From: Chrysomallon squamiferum
Taxonomy: Eukaryota > Animalia > Mollusca
Assembly (NCBI GenBank): GCA_012295275.1
Contig: CM022673.1
Span: 9,982,001 to 10,046,000 of the forward strand
DNA length: 64,000 bases
Direction: 5' to 3'
Shown here in pieces: positions 1 to 13,242 of the stretch (positions are counted from its first letter, which is position 1; each line of letters starts with the position of its first letter). The position numbers and the translations under genes were made by a program. The notes beneath the pieces were generated by a model that did not search any database, was not told the DNA's origin, and saw nothing but the letters and a program-made list of their open reading frames with translations.

Positions 1-361
1 TAGTCAGAACCCAATCTGCAACGATTAAGAAAACATTAGAATCAACTGATGTTTTTAAAAGAAAAACGATATATCTGTTCACTACGCAAATACTGTATCT
101 CTGTTTTACACTAACAGCAGAATCTGCTGTGCAAAATCGTTAAAAGGGCGATCTCTCTCTCTCTCTCTCTCTCTCTAACAGTTGCTGCGCCGTTACAAGC
201 GGGCAGAACGTTGCGTATAGCACAGCCGTTTAAAAGGGACGTCAAATAAGAGATCGCACTCGAGTCGTATCTTCTTGGCGCAGGTGTGTGTGTACGTTTT
301 CCGTCAGCCGGGATGAACTGTCATTTCGCGTGTGTTTCACCGATGGAGGTATGTGCAAAAG

Positions 362-434
362 ATGACAAGTGAATCTGGATATTTCTGTTGGTGGCGGTTT
401 TGTGCCTTGGTTTTTCTGTCATGTGTGTTCTTCG
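362..434 (+). CDS. Ly6/uPAR three-finger (quiver/sleepless-like) protein, coding exon 1 (signal peptide)
   Basis: ATG at 362 reads MTSESGYFCWWRFCALVFLSCVFF, then G|gtgagt donor at 435 (phase 1). The hydrophobic leader joins in frame to exon 2. Confidence 0.75.
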
Positions 435-1035
435 GTGAGTAGCTCTTTTTTTTTTTTAGGTTTTGTTTAGTTACGTCTCGGCGTATTTAGCTTCATGATA
501 GCGTAAAAGCTTAATTCAGTTGTCACGATAAAAGAATTTAAAGATTTTTTTTTTTTTTTTTTTTTTTGACTTCGATACTGAGACCAGATTAGAAATCTGT
601 CATTTGATTGTTGTTGGTTCTTTTTTCTTTTGTATCTTGTATATGTTTCACTTCTGTATATTGGTTTATTTATTTTAAAGTTCTTTAAGTTTTTGTGTTA
701 TTAATTTGCATCCATGATATCAATATCGACGATAATAACAGTAACAATAACAAGAAGAAGAAGAACTTATAATAATGGTGATGATTATGATGGCGTTGAT
801 GATCATATATAACGATGGTGATGATGATAGTGAAGATATGATGACGATAATGATGATGATGATAATCGTAATTTAAGTATTCGCAATAATAATAATTTTT
901 AATAAAAGCTTAGTTAATTATTCCAAAGATAAATATCTAAACAAACAAACTGAATTACTGCTTTTAGCATAGAAAATATCTCTTTTCAATGGCTTTTAGA
1001 TAATAAATTATGTTTAAGGTATTATTAAAACAGAC

Positions 1036-1078
<43 letters not shown>

Positions 1079-1623
1079 ACAGAAAAAACCCCAGACAACA
1101 TCATGTTAAATAATCATTGTATATGTAATATTTTTTTCTTAATCTCCATCGAGAAGAACTGAAGCAGAAGCTCCGATATCAAAAGCTGATGCTCTATCGT
1201 TTAGCTAACCCTGAACATTCTAACTTGCAACATAGAGGAACACTGCTGAACACGAAAGAGGAAAACATTTTGTGTTTAACAGTATTACGTGTACGTAGCA
1301 GAGTTCGACTGGCAATCAAAACATGGTTTTTAAGTGTTCGACAAGATAAGATAGGACGTGGTGGGGGATAAGGTCGAAACCAAAAAAAGAAAAAATAAGG
1401 AAAAAAGCAAGGGACAAGGGAAAAAAGCAGACGAAAAAAAAAAAAGAGAAGAAAACAAAGATCGATCACTGATTTCTGTCATTTCTGGTGACTTGAGATT
1501 GCATTCCAAAAATAATGTGCATCGTTGGTTTTCCGTGGCAGTCCTCTCGACGAGGTTCATAATTACATTTTACTGTAATCGAATAGGTCACACCGAAATG
1601 ACGTGTGAGGGCTTGAGATGGAA

Positions 1624-1884
1624 GTATCGTCCTGTACGTATATCGTAAGAGGACTGCCACTATCATAAAGCGATGTTACAAATCGACTTTTGCAGTGTCA
1701 CTGAATATACAGAAGTTAGATTTTCATTTTGTATTATTATTATTACAGTTCGTCCTGTGTTCATCGTAAGAGGACTGCCACTATCATAAAGCGTTGTTAC
1801 GAATGGACTTTTCAGTGTTATTGAATATACAGAAGATAGTATAATTTTTATTTTGTATTATTATTATTGTTATTATTATTATTA

Positions 1885-1929
<45 letters not shown>

Positions 1930-2091
1930 GAGTATCGTCCTGTATTCTTCGTAAGAGCACTGCCACTATCATAAGCATTGTTACAAATCATTTTTGCAGT
2001 GTTATTTAATATGTAGGACAGAGATTTTTATTTTGTATTATTATTATTATTATTGTTACTGATATTGTTATTGTTATTATTATTATTGTTG

Positions 2092-2126
<35 letters not shown>

Positions 2127-2160
2127 GTTGTTATTGTTATTATTATTATTATTATTATTT
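1624..2160 (+). repeat. Three tandem ~115-bp units, each ending in an (ATT)n tail
   Basis: cgtcctgt...cgtaagaggactgccactatcataa...ttgttac...cagtgt...attttgtattattatt recurs at ~1624, ~1751 and ~1932. Confidence 0.9.
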
Positions 2161-2451
2161 ATTTAATTATTTACTTATTTATTATTTGTGCATTATAATC
2201 AACTATACTTCTAAATATTTTCTCAGTATCACTTTCTCCTCCTCCGCCTCATGATTCTCCTACTACTCATAATTCTCCTAGTACTCCTAGTACTCCTATT
2301 CATTTATTTATTACTTCATTACGTTGGCTGCTGTATGTTTGAAATTTCAAGAACTAATTAGGCCATCTTTTAATAAAATAAAGGCGACAATGTTTTTTCT
2401 TTTCTCGTTATCTCCGTCTGTTTTTTCCTTTTCTTTATTATCTTCTCTTTT

Positions 2452-2483
<32 letters not shown>

Positions 2484-3686
2484 TTTTCTCCTTCATGGCC
2501 TTCTCCCTCTACTAACGAGTTTACGATATGTTAGCGAGTTAAAGAATTAGAAGACAGGAAGATTACGTTTAATCAGGTCAGATGCAAAATTCATATCAAC
2601 TGACTTCTAAAGAATCCTTTATGGATTGATCTGACAGTGTCCACAATTAAATTATATAAAATAAACTAAAATAAAATAAAAATAAAAAATAAGATTTTTT
2701 ATTTTTTATTGTGTTAATCCTATTAGTAGTGAAGAAGCTCGTTAAATTCCTTTTTCTTCCTCTTCTTCTTTGTTCAATCAATTCAACATCGATTATCTGA
2801 AAAACACTTTCTAGTAGTAATAGCTGAAGATTTACTCTTTGCCCACGCCTTTTCATCGCATCTGGCTCCCAAAGGTCGATATATATGATTTCCAAATTAC
2901 GGGAAGGTGATCATAAAAGATTCTTTCTTGCTCGCTAATGGACAAAATCAGACGTCTATCTCTGAAAGCTTCGAATGGGAAGAGAGAGACATTATGTTTG
3001 ATATCTAATGATCACCGAAAAATATATGCGTAATAATGGTGTTATTAAACAACAACAAAAGAAATTATCTTGTTACTCTGTTCATCCACTGTAAACTGTA
3101 AAACACGATACGTCTTGTTCACAGAATCTTGCTTGCTGAGTCTCCGCCAAAAAAATCAGAAACTCAACAGCCGCTACCTCATGTGGAACGAAGCTGTAAA
3201 TTGTCGCCTAAAGCGCAGAGTTCGATACGCCTCGATAGGTCCAGAATAATAGTCTATTTTGACTCTTTTTAATGTGCTTTTTAAAAACTGCATCATTAAG
3301 GACTTATTAAATAAATGTTCTTTTTTTATGTCCTGCTACGAATTCACAACAGAGAGACGTGAATCGTCGTCAGTAATGTGTTGTTAGTTTGAACTGAGGA
3401 CTGGGCGTGTCTGTCTTTCATTATACATTTTAAATAATTAAGTTAAAAGGTTTGCTCTTTCATGTGCGCTTCTTTTCTGATACAGCTTTTGTGATGTGCT
3501 GTTTTATCTGTTGAAAGGTTTAACCGTTTGTATTCAAACAGTCCTGTTTAGATGGCGTTTCTCAAAGTGTATTACAATCTCTGTGTATTGATTTAAATCA
3601 AAACTCTAGGTATGTGCTGTTCTGCCTGTTAACCATTACATTTTTAGTTGTTAAGGGTTGATAAGTCAGTATGCATGGCATTCTAG

Positions 3687-3720
<34 letters not shown>

Positions 3721-3809
3721 TCTCTCTAACTCCCTCTGTCTCTCTCTGTCTCACTGTGTCCAATTTTGATTTTTCTTTCTTCCTCTTCTTCTTCTTCTTC
3801 TTCTTTTTA

Positions 3810-4010
3810 TTTCTGAAAGATTGAACATTAAGATGGTATCAAAGCAAACCTGGTTATATCTGTTGTACATATTACTTTGTATACAGTTCCAGTATACTGA
3901 TTTAAAATGTCAATTGTTTCCTCTTTTTCTTCTTCTTCTTCTTTTTTAAACTATCAAGATTGAAACAAGTAAGATGGTATTTAAAAAAACCTGGTTGTTT
4001 CTGTTGTTTT
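3810..4010 (+). repeat. Degenerate direct duplication
   Basis: gattgaa...taagatggtat...aacctggtt...tctgttg occurs at ~3819 and ~3958, each preceded by a (CTT)n tract. Confidence 0.7.
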
Positions 4011-4709
4011 TATTATTTTTTTTTTTCCTTTATAACAATTAAAAATAATCAATTGATTCACTAATTTAATTCGTTTAACATTGGTGACAGCAGGTTTGTT
4101 TTAAACTATCAGCAAACAAAGAGACATAAACTGAAATTTAAAAAAAAAGTATTTGTGTTTTTTTTTTTTTTTTTTTTTTTCCATTTTAATATTTGCCATG
4201 GAAGACTGCATGAACAGTGATACTGGGAAGTAAACGTGAAAGACAAATCTAGTCGAGCTGTAGTTCTCTCTCAGTGATATTAACCTTTGGTGTGGTGTGT
4301 TGTCTTCGTTATGTAAACAACTTGTATTAGCTAAACTATTTACGTCACGCCAGAAAACTATTACTAGTAATGGCACGAGACGTTGTATTAGGAATGTGGT
4401 AGTAGCTGCAGTAATATCAGTGCTGGTGATGATTGTATTAGTAACATAAGTAGTGAAGTTATAGAGGTGTTGATAATTGGATTAGTAACATCAGTAGTGA
4501 AGTTAAAACTGGCAATCAAATAATTTTGTTTCTGCTGTAAGTCATAACCTCCATTGAACCAAAGACTGAATGTATATTTATAATGGTCATGTACTGAATA
4601 TATATTTATAATAGTGTGTTTGTGTATATACGTATATTATATATTAATGTTTGTACGTGCGTCCGTATGTGTATGAGTATGTCTAATAACATAGTAAATA
4701 CATTTGAAA

Positions 4710-4835
4710 CCTAAAATCAAGATGAGAGAAGAAACCCGATTTGGAATTTCATTATTATTACATTTTGTATTTTCCTTCAGTTAGCAGTAAGTAGTTTTTT
4801 ATATGCACCTTCCCACAAACAGTGAAACTTATTAC
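4710..4835 (-). mobile_element. SINE internal fragment related to 6690-6864
   Basis: ttagcagtaagtagttttttatatgcaccttcccacaaacagtgaaac aligns by eye with 6729-6779. Confidence 0.45.
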
Positions 4836-5355
4836 ACTCTTTGTTACAGCAGTTTTGGAGTTCTGGCTAGAGCGAACAATACCTCTCTATCTCTGCGACA
4901 TTCGTAATTACTAAAATACATCCTTTATCGAAAAATAAATCTTTACATGTTTCAGGATCAGAACTTGAAATGTATGCCGAAATTTTAGACTTTGATATTC
5001 CATTGGCCAAGTTACTACTGAAATAACAGAAAATAATTAAATAAACCACTGAATTACTTGTACATGACGACCGCGAACACGAGAGAGTAACACATAAATC
5101 ATTTATAAATGCTGGCGTAATTTGTCATAGTATTTCGTTTCATGTTTTCACTTAAAATTCCCTGTAACACGACACATCAAAACAAGAAAGCAAAGAAAAT
5201 CTTACACTCTGGATTCTTATTTTGTTGTCATACTTTATTATTAGCAAAGATTTTGTATCTGTATTTAAAATAAATATGATTACCAAAAAGTGTACAAAAT
5301 ATACTACTGGTACGTAATACAAAGGGTCAATTTAAACAGAAATTCATTCAGCAAC

Positions 5356-5395
<40 letters not shown>

Positions 5396-5415
5396 TTTTT
5401 TATTATTATTATTAT

Positions 5416-5464
<49 letters not shown>

Positions 5465-6689
5465 TGAATGGCAATGTATGAAAATGACATAGATTATACA
5501 TAAGCATCGCAATAGAAATACGTTTGAAACGTGAATCTGTTTTCTTTGTTTTGTGTCTTTACGCTCTCTGTTTAAAAATGTATGATCGCTGGGGAAACGT
5601 ATTTGCACACGAAAGCACTTGGGAGCTGATTCTCGTTTCAACTTTCATAACAACAGATAAACATCACAGATCCGAAATAATGGATTTTGCGGCTCGTTAC
5701 GATGTTCTGTTGGTCTTAAGTAACACTGTCACGTCAGCAGAACATTATACTGTTGACCGTTACTTCTCTTGATGTTATAATCGAAGCTGGTTCGCGTCTT
5801 AGGATCGGCAATTACGGTTAGAGCGATGGGTAATTATCTTTTTTTTTTTTTTATTATTGTTACCTCTATTACTATTGCAATCGTTATAATGATACGATTA
5901 TTAGTTCTGCTGTTGTTACAATTACCAGTTTCGCTACTATTACAGTTACTATTGTTTCCGCTGGTAGTATTACTAGCAGTGCTAATACTGCTGCTATTGC
6001 AGTCACCACTACTGCTACTACCTTAATACGTCTGTTGCTGTTAATGCAAATAATAATAAAATAATAATGATGATGACGATGATAATAATAATAATAACCG
6101 TTTCTTTTGTACTTTCACAGCTGTTTTAAATTTCTAATGTATAAAGGTTTAAGGAATCAATATAAAACAAAAAACAGAAAAACCTCATTGTTAAACAATG
6201 GGCGTTTGTTAAGTTTGTTCGTTTTTCCTGTCAGTATAAAATAAGTTTTAACAAAAACTCTTTATTGGAACAATACAAATGAACTCAAAGAAGAATGATA
6301 TTAGCAGTCAGCAATAGATACTCTCTTTTTTTTTTTTTTTTTTAATTTCCGTTTTATTGGAATCGTTTATATATCGTCTTGTTGTATATTTATTCAGATT
6401 TACTTTTATTGTTGCAGTGAATACAAACGGGTTAAATATTGAAACAGCAAGCAGTGACTTTGTTTTATATAATAACAGTTTATTATATCAAACAGTTTGT
6501 TGTTTTTGTGGTAACATCATCCGTACTAGAAGTGAAGTGATAGCAACAGTAGCAGTAACTGTAATAGTACTAATAATAATACCAGAAGTAACAGTAATAG
6601 AAGAACAGTCAATGTAGTAGCAATAGTAATAATGGTAATAGACAAAGTAGTGGTAACAGTAATAATAGCGGAAGATGATATCAGAATGT

Positions 6690-6864
6690 AAACGATTTGT
6701 TGCTCCTTAACTGGTTTCTGGTGAGTTCACAGCAAGGGATATTTTATGTGAAAGCACCCTCCCATAAACAGTAAAAACATCGTTGTGACTGAACATAGAC
6801 CTCGGCGAGGATCGATCCCGAGTGCCGAATCAGATCAGCTATCTAACAGCTAAGCTACAGCAGC
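6690..6864 (-). mobile_element. Degenerate tRNA-derived SINE
   Basis: Minus strand begins gctgctgtagcttagctgttag (A-box-like) ... gggatcgatcc (B-box-like). Internal segment acagcaagggatattttatgt..gcaccctcccataaacagtaaaaac is shared with 4780-4830. Confidence 0.6.
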
Positions 6865-7181
6865 GTAAAGTCGAATAACAACATCATATCGGCAATATCA
6901 AAGCTTCTCAGGTCATAAGTCTTGTAATTTTCATCTGTCTTTTCTTTTATTTTTTATTTTTGGGATAAAGGAATCGATACAGATGACGTGATAAGAGCCA
7001 GATATGGCTATAATATCGCCGTCTGTGGCTGGTATTCAACAACGACGGCAGCTGCACGAGAGGAGAGAGGGTAGCAGATGAGACTGATTGAACGTGACGG
7101 TGTCACGCTGTCATTTTGTGCCGTAATTCAGATTAATGTACTGTTATTTTCATCAGCAGCTCTTCATACAGTACTTTTAGT

Positions 7182-7226
<45 letters not shown>

Positions 7227-7589
7227 CATGTATGTGCGTATGTGTGAGTCTATGTATATAGTATATACGTATGTATGTAAGTATGTATGTATGTATGTAT
7301 GTATGTACGTGTGTGTGTGTGTATGTCAGTTTGTACGAACATACATGTGTGAGCATCGTTGTATGTATGTTTGTGTGTCTGTGTGTTTGTACGTGTGTGT
7401 TTACACTTGTTGTTTTCCATCAAAATAACATGAACCAAAAAACTATTTTATATTCAGAACGTTTCGCAACAGATTTAATAAAAACCGTAGCTTCTTAAAT
7501 GAAATACATAACATTTAAAAAAAAAAAATGTCATAAACTTTTAAAACCAGTAACATATTCAGCCGTTATATTCATTTTCATTTAATGTG

Positions 7590-7635
<46 letters not shown>

Positions 7636-7950
7636 AAGAAAAGAAAAAGAAAAAGAAAGAAACATAATAACAAATCTCTTTTACGATTGCTGAATCCTAA
7701 GTCGCAGCAGATAAGAGTTTCGATATTTTCTTAGTTTTTCACAAGATTATTTCTTATACACTCGTGGGTAATGAAAGGAAACACGAAATTCTCTGATTCG
7801 TTTTATTACTAATAACACATTTTCATATTACTCCAGTTGAAGCTTTTTTCGGAGAGTACAAGGACATTCTCAAATCTCTACTCTTTGCAATGAGATCGAG
7901 TAGCCTGTAGCATTAGTATCGTGCAGCACATTTATACTGAATATTATAAC

Positions 7951-8076
<126 letters not shown>

Positions 8077-8098
8077 AATTTAAATATTTATATTATTA

Positions 8099-8168
8099 TT
8101 TTTTGACAAAAGCGAAACAAAGGCTTATTGAGGAGTTTGACGAGAAAGAGAAAAAGAAAGCTCTGTAG
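8099..8168 (+). pseudogene. Inverted degenerate copy of the acceptor and 5' part of CNBD exon 41977-41807
   Basis: ttttttgacaaaagcgaaacaaag..ttattgaggagtttgacgagaaagagaaaaagaaagct matches the reverse complement of ~41920-41990 with a few substitutions and one indel. Confidence 0.8.
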
Positions 8169-8417
8169 GTGTTTGCCTATTATTACGCTTTGTTCTCTCT
8201 ATTAAATTCTGCCTTCCTTGATATTATTTTTTCCCATAATTTTGTTGCCATAATTCTTGACGTGTCAGTGAGGAAGCTATACATTTGTTGTCATCATTGA
8301 TAACGTATTGAAAGATGCACAGTCAGGGCTTCAGGTTAGTTTTTAATGATGTCTGCAAGACCGGAAAAGCTTCTTCTTAAGTTTTACACGGTTTCAGTCA
8401 TTATCAAAGGATGTTTC

Positions 8418-8449
<32 letters not shown>

Positions 8450-8693
8450 CGTATCTTATTATGTATGTATGTATGTAATGTATATATGTATGTATATATG
8501 TGTGTATCATTGTAAGTTTGTATGTATATATATTCCTGCATTCATAAATGTATGTATAAATGTATTTATTTATGTATATATATTAATTGAGTAAAACATA
8601 AAAATATTTAGAATCAATATGTTTATTTGTCTGTATGTATGTTTATATATAATTATTATATAAACAATCTCATTTATATATATATATATAGAG

Positions 8694-8771
<78 letters not shown>

Positions 8772-9208
8772 CTGTGGTCTTTATTCCTTTTTTGCAATTC
8801 ATTAATACCGTTTTCTTAATTTCACTTATGTCTGCTATTTTTATTTTTATTTACTTCACAAGACAAAATGTAATTAACGAAATACGTAAGACTCGACAAC
8901 CTGTAATTACTATGTGCTGTACTTTGCACAATCCAATATCTGCCTTCAATTCCACGGACATCTTCACAAATGAAACAGTCTTGTATTAGGTAAACTCGAG
9001 TAATAACGACACGATGATAGCCTTTCAGACATCCTGGGTTCAATCGTCTTTCTGTCGATGTCTCAGGTTTCAAAAACCAATTGCTCTGCTGTAGACACTT
9101 GAAGCTGATATCACAAGAGAATCAAAATACTGCATTGTCGATTATTCTGAACTGTGAATTATCACTGTCAGTGTTTTTGTTTTTTTTGTTTTTTTTGAAA
9201 TTATAAAT

Positions 9209-9480
9209 AGGGTATTGGAAAAAGTATAATTTGTCGTTTGCGGATGTGTTTGGATTTTATGTGTGTGTGTGTTCGTGTTTGTGTCTGTGAGTGTATCTGT
9301 GTGTCTAGGGTTTTGGAAGATGTTTAAAATGTCGTTAACAGATGTGTTTGAATTTTGTGTGTGTGTGTGTGTGTGTGTGTCTGTGTATGTTGAGTGTGTG
9401 TTTGTGTGTGTCTATGGTTTTGGAAGTAGTATAATTTGTAAACGGATGTGTTTGGATTTTATGTGTGTGTGTTTTTTGTG
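9209..9480 (+). repeat. Three degenerate tandem units interleaved with (TG)n
   Basis: ttggaa...tataatttgt...cggatgtgtttggattttatgtgtgtg recurs at ~9215, ~9313 and ~9420. Confidence 0.7.
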
Positions 9481-10750
9481 TATGTTTGATTGTGTGTTTG
9501 CTTGTGTGTATGTGTGTGTGTATATGTGTATCTGTATTATCAAGAGTAATTGTAAGGGCAATTGTTTTATCAAGAGAAGGTTAAATAACAAAGTTTAATG
9601 GTGATGTGTTTTCCTCTGATTAGATTATTCTGTCATTTATTAACTGTCATTAATTTCGTAAATTCACTTTTAAGTACAATAAAGTAAGCGGTATATATTA
9701 CATCGTTTTATTTGTTGTATACCAACATAGTCGATTCAGAAATGATACAGATATGCGTGAAAATATATTGTATATTTGTCTGTTAGATAAAAAATAAAAT
9801 TAAAAAAATTAAAAAAAGTGAGGTTAGGATATATTTTTAATGAATTCCAAGACCATAATGGCATATGTTCTATATTTAACAGGTTTTTTATTATTAGTAT
9901 TATCTACATTTTGTTTTTAACTTGTATTTTCTTCTCGAAACTATATGTGTTCATGTTTATCTATATATCTGTCTATCTGTCTAGCTATCTCTCTTTCTAT
10001 CTAATTTTCTGTCTGTCTATCTATTTCTCTGTCAGTCGCTGTGTTTTTCTTTATAACCATACACCTACACATTATTATATCTACTCCTCTCTTCGTTATT
10101 CATTTATTAATTCATTCATTCATGCAGTCACTGATACATTATTTCATCATTTGTCTGTTTATTTACTCACTCCCTTACTTATTAATTCATAACTCAGCGA
10201 GTAATATCATTACGTACGTTCAGCTCTTTGTCAGTGTTAATCGACTGGAGTGAATTCAAATCTCGTCACTCGAGACTTTGGTCGCCCGAACGACGGGACC
10301 CGCGACACGAAGTAACGCGACATCCAGATCATGAATCGCTATAAAAACACAGCAGCCTGTTGTTCGTTGTTTTAATGTATTAATGGAGTTTTCTGTATGC
10401 GAGACGGAGATAAAAATAACACGAAAGTGACGAAGGGTGATGTCTGTGTTCCTCAAATGGAAATCACTTTTGTATGGCAGGAAATAAAGGTTGTTTTTTT
10501 ATATACATACGAGTAATGGAGAGCTGGTGAAAAAAACACCAAAGAGGACTTACATACATACATACGTACATATATACATATATAATTATATATTTACATA
10601 CATACATATTTACATACAAACACATATAATTATATATTTACATAGACGTACATAAATGATACAATATTTAAGCACACACAGATATATAGATGCATACATA
10701 CATACATTTGCCTATGCGTAATCAGAGATTAACAGATATAAATACTAACA

Positions 10751-10782
<32 letters not shown>

Positions 10783-11310
10783 CACAAATACACACACAAA
10801 TACAGACTAAGAAGCATCACGACAGAACCGCCATATTCACTACGTGTAATATGTACGTAGATATCGATACGTAAAACTTACGACATTTGTAGCCTACACA
10901 AAACACACGCGGCAAACACATTGGACACACATTCGTTAATACAACCAAAGAAACAACTATTTCAGTCACTGCGTCTGTTATACAGAAACTCTGATACTTT
11001 TATTTTATTCTGATACTCTTGTTTTATTCTGATACCTTTAAGTAGTAACAGTTCGCAGTGTATACCTCACACGATCAATACACGAGCATGATGCACGGTA
11101 TAATTTCTCCATGTAATTGATGGATGTCTGCCTCTGTATTATATATTTCAACATATCCAACCCACACAGTCTCGTTAAGAGTTATTTTTATACATATCAT
11201 TATATAGCTGCGTTGGCTTATCTTTTTAAAAATGTTTGAATAGTAGCCACGGTAATCAAAGAAATTTAGGGACAAAAATAAAACTGGTTTTCTTTCAGAA
11301 ATATTTTCTA

Positions 11311-11351
<41 letters not shown>

Positions 11352-13130
11352 GAATTTAAAAAAAGCAAAAAAAAAAACAAAATCAAGAATTTGAGACTAC
11401 TGAAATCAAAGATACATGATATCATTCAGTACAGTTGATAAATGTGTGTGTGTATATTATTATCCATTATTTTTCGGCTGTAACTTTTTTTAAAATTATT
11501 ATTTGTGTGTGTATTTTCTCCAAGTTCCACATTATGTATTACACGGTCGCACTAAATACTGAATGTATATTCGTCAAAGAAAGAAAAAATAAATGTGTGA
11601 ATGAAAGAATGAATGAATAAATAAATGAACGAATGAACATTAGCTTAGCAACATTTAAATTAATTTTTATATCACTGGATGTAAAGTATCAGATTTATGA
11701 AGTACATCATTTTGCAATACCAGTCTGAGGGGGAAAAAATGTCTTACCGAAAAGAACCAATCTCATAGCAGAACGAAATGTTTTGCATGCACTTTTCCGT
11801 ACAAACAGGGAAGAACAACATATCATCACCTTTAATACTGAATCTTCGAACAGTGACTGAAAGTAAAAGAAATAAAACTGAACACATACAAGATTAGTTC
11901 ATACGATTCATCACTCTTCTAATAAACCCACAAAGACGCAACTGCAGCTCATTTTATTACAGTACCCAGTCTTCAGCTTAAAATCTTGAATGAAAAAATG
12001 TAATGGCTCATGTACGACTGTTGTGAAGCAGAAGGTATGACTCTTGATCGTAACATTTTACACGTTTTCTCAACAGGCCTGTTTTCAAACGGAACCGTAT
12101 TAACAAGTCAAGACTAGTCACAAAAGAGTTACACATAACCTTGTCATAAATTTCCGAACCAATCGGGCCAATTGCTAGAAACGGCATTTCCGTGCACACG
12201 ACAGAAAGCATAGGGACCGACTCGCCTTCTTTTCATGTATCTCAATGACTGTTACAAATTAAACCGTCGTAAAGATTCGGAAGCAATCGGTAGAAAACGA
12301 TAAATCAAAATGACAGAAAACTTCTTGGAAATATTGAATATCTGTATTGGTTACAAAGTACAGATCATGCGCTGAAATGTCTTGGGTTCATTTCACAAGA
12401 AATTTAACTTAAAAGTTCAGTTCAGTGGTCCAGTTATACAAATTAAAACCGTAACGTTTTCACCTAAGTTTCAGCAATATTTCCCCTAAAAGAATAGAAA
12501 TGTTACTGAACGCAAAGCAAAGAGAAAGATTTCAATTAAGATTTAAAACTATCTGACTGCGTATTAAAACAACATAATGATTACATACAAGACTTAAATC
12601 GATTTCATGATTATGTCATCATCATCATCATCATCATAATTTTTGTGCAATTTCATGATTTCATGATTACATAAATCAGTTTTATGATTTCAAACATTAC
12701 TTAAAACAGTCTCATATTTAAGCTCAAAGCTTAAAACAATTTCGTATTTACGTAAAAGTTTTTAAAACAATTTCATGATTACGTGCAAAGCTTAAAAATT
12801 ATTCCGTTGTTAGGTACAAGACTTGAAACGTTTCTATAATTACATTTTAACTGGATAATAAATTTTTGCCCAACACACCCACACTAAAACAAACGAAGTA
12901 AAGCGTGTTTATTCAAATAGTTTCCTTTGAGATTCTGTTTAATGGTTGCCGTAAGGGAAATAAGTGGATTGATCGATAACCTGAAGAAAAAACAAAGACA
13001 AGTTTTCTATTACTTCTCTGACCTTCTCAGTAGCAACTTACCTAGTTTATTTGATCTGTTTAATTTTTTTTTTTTTTTTTTTTATCTCCATTACTGGTTG
13101 TTTTAGGGTTTGTTTTTGGATGGGTTTTTG

Positions 13131-13164
<34 letters not shown>

Positions 13165-13166
13165 CT

Positions 13167-13242
<76 letters not shown>

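Noticed and set aside
6790-6864. Functional tRNA gene
   Set aside because: A- and B-box-like motifs only; I could not fold a cloverleaf, and it continues into SINE-like sequence.
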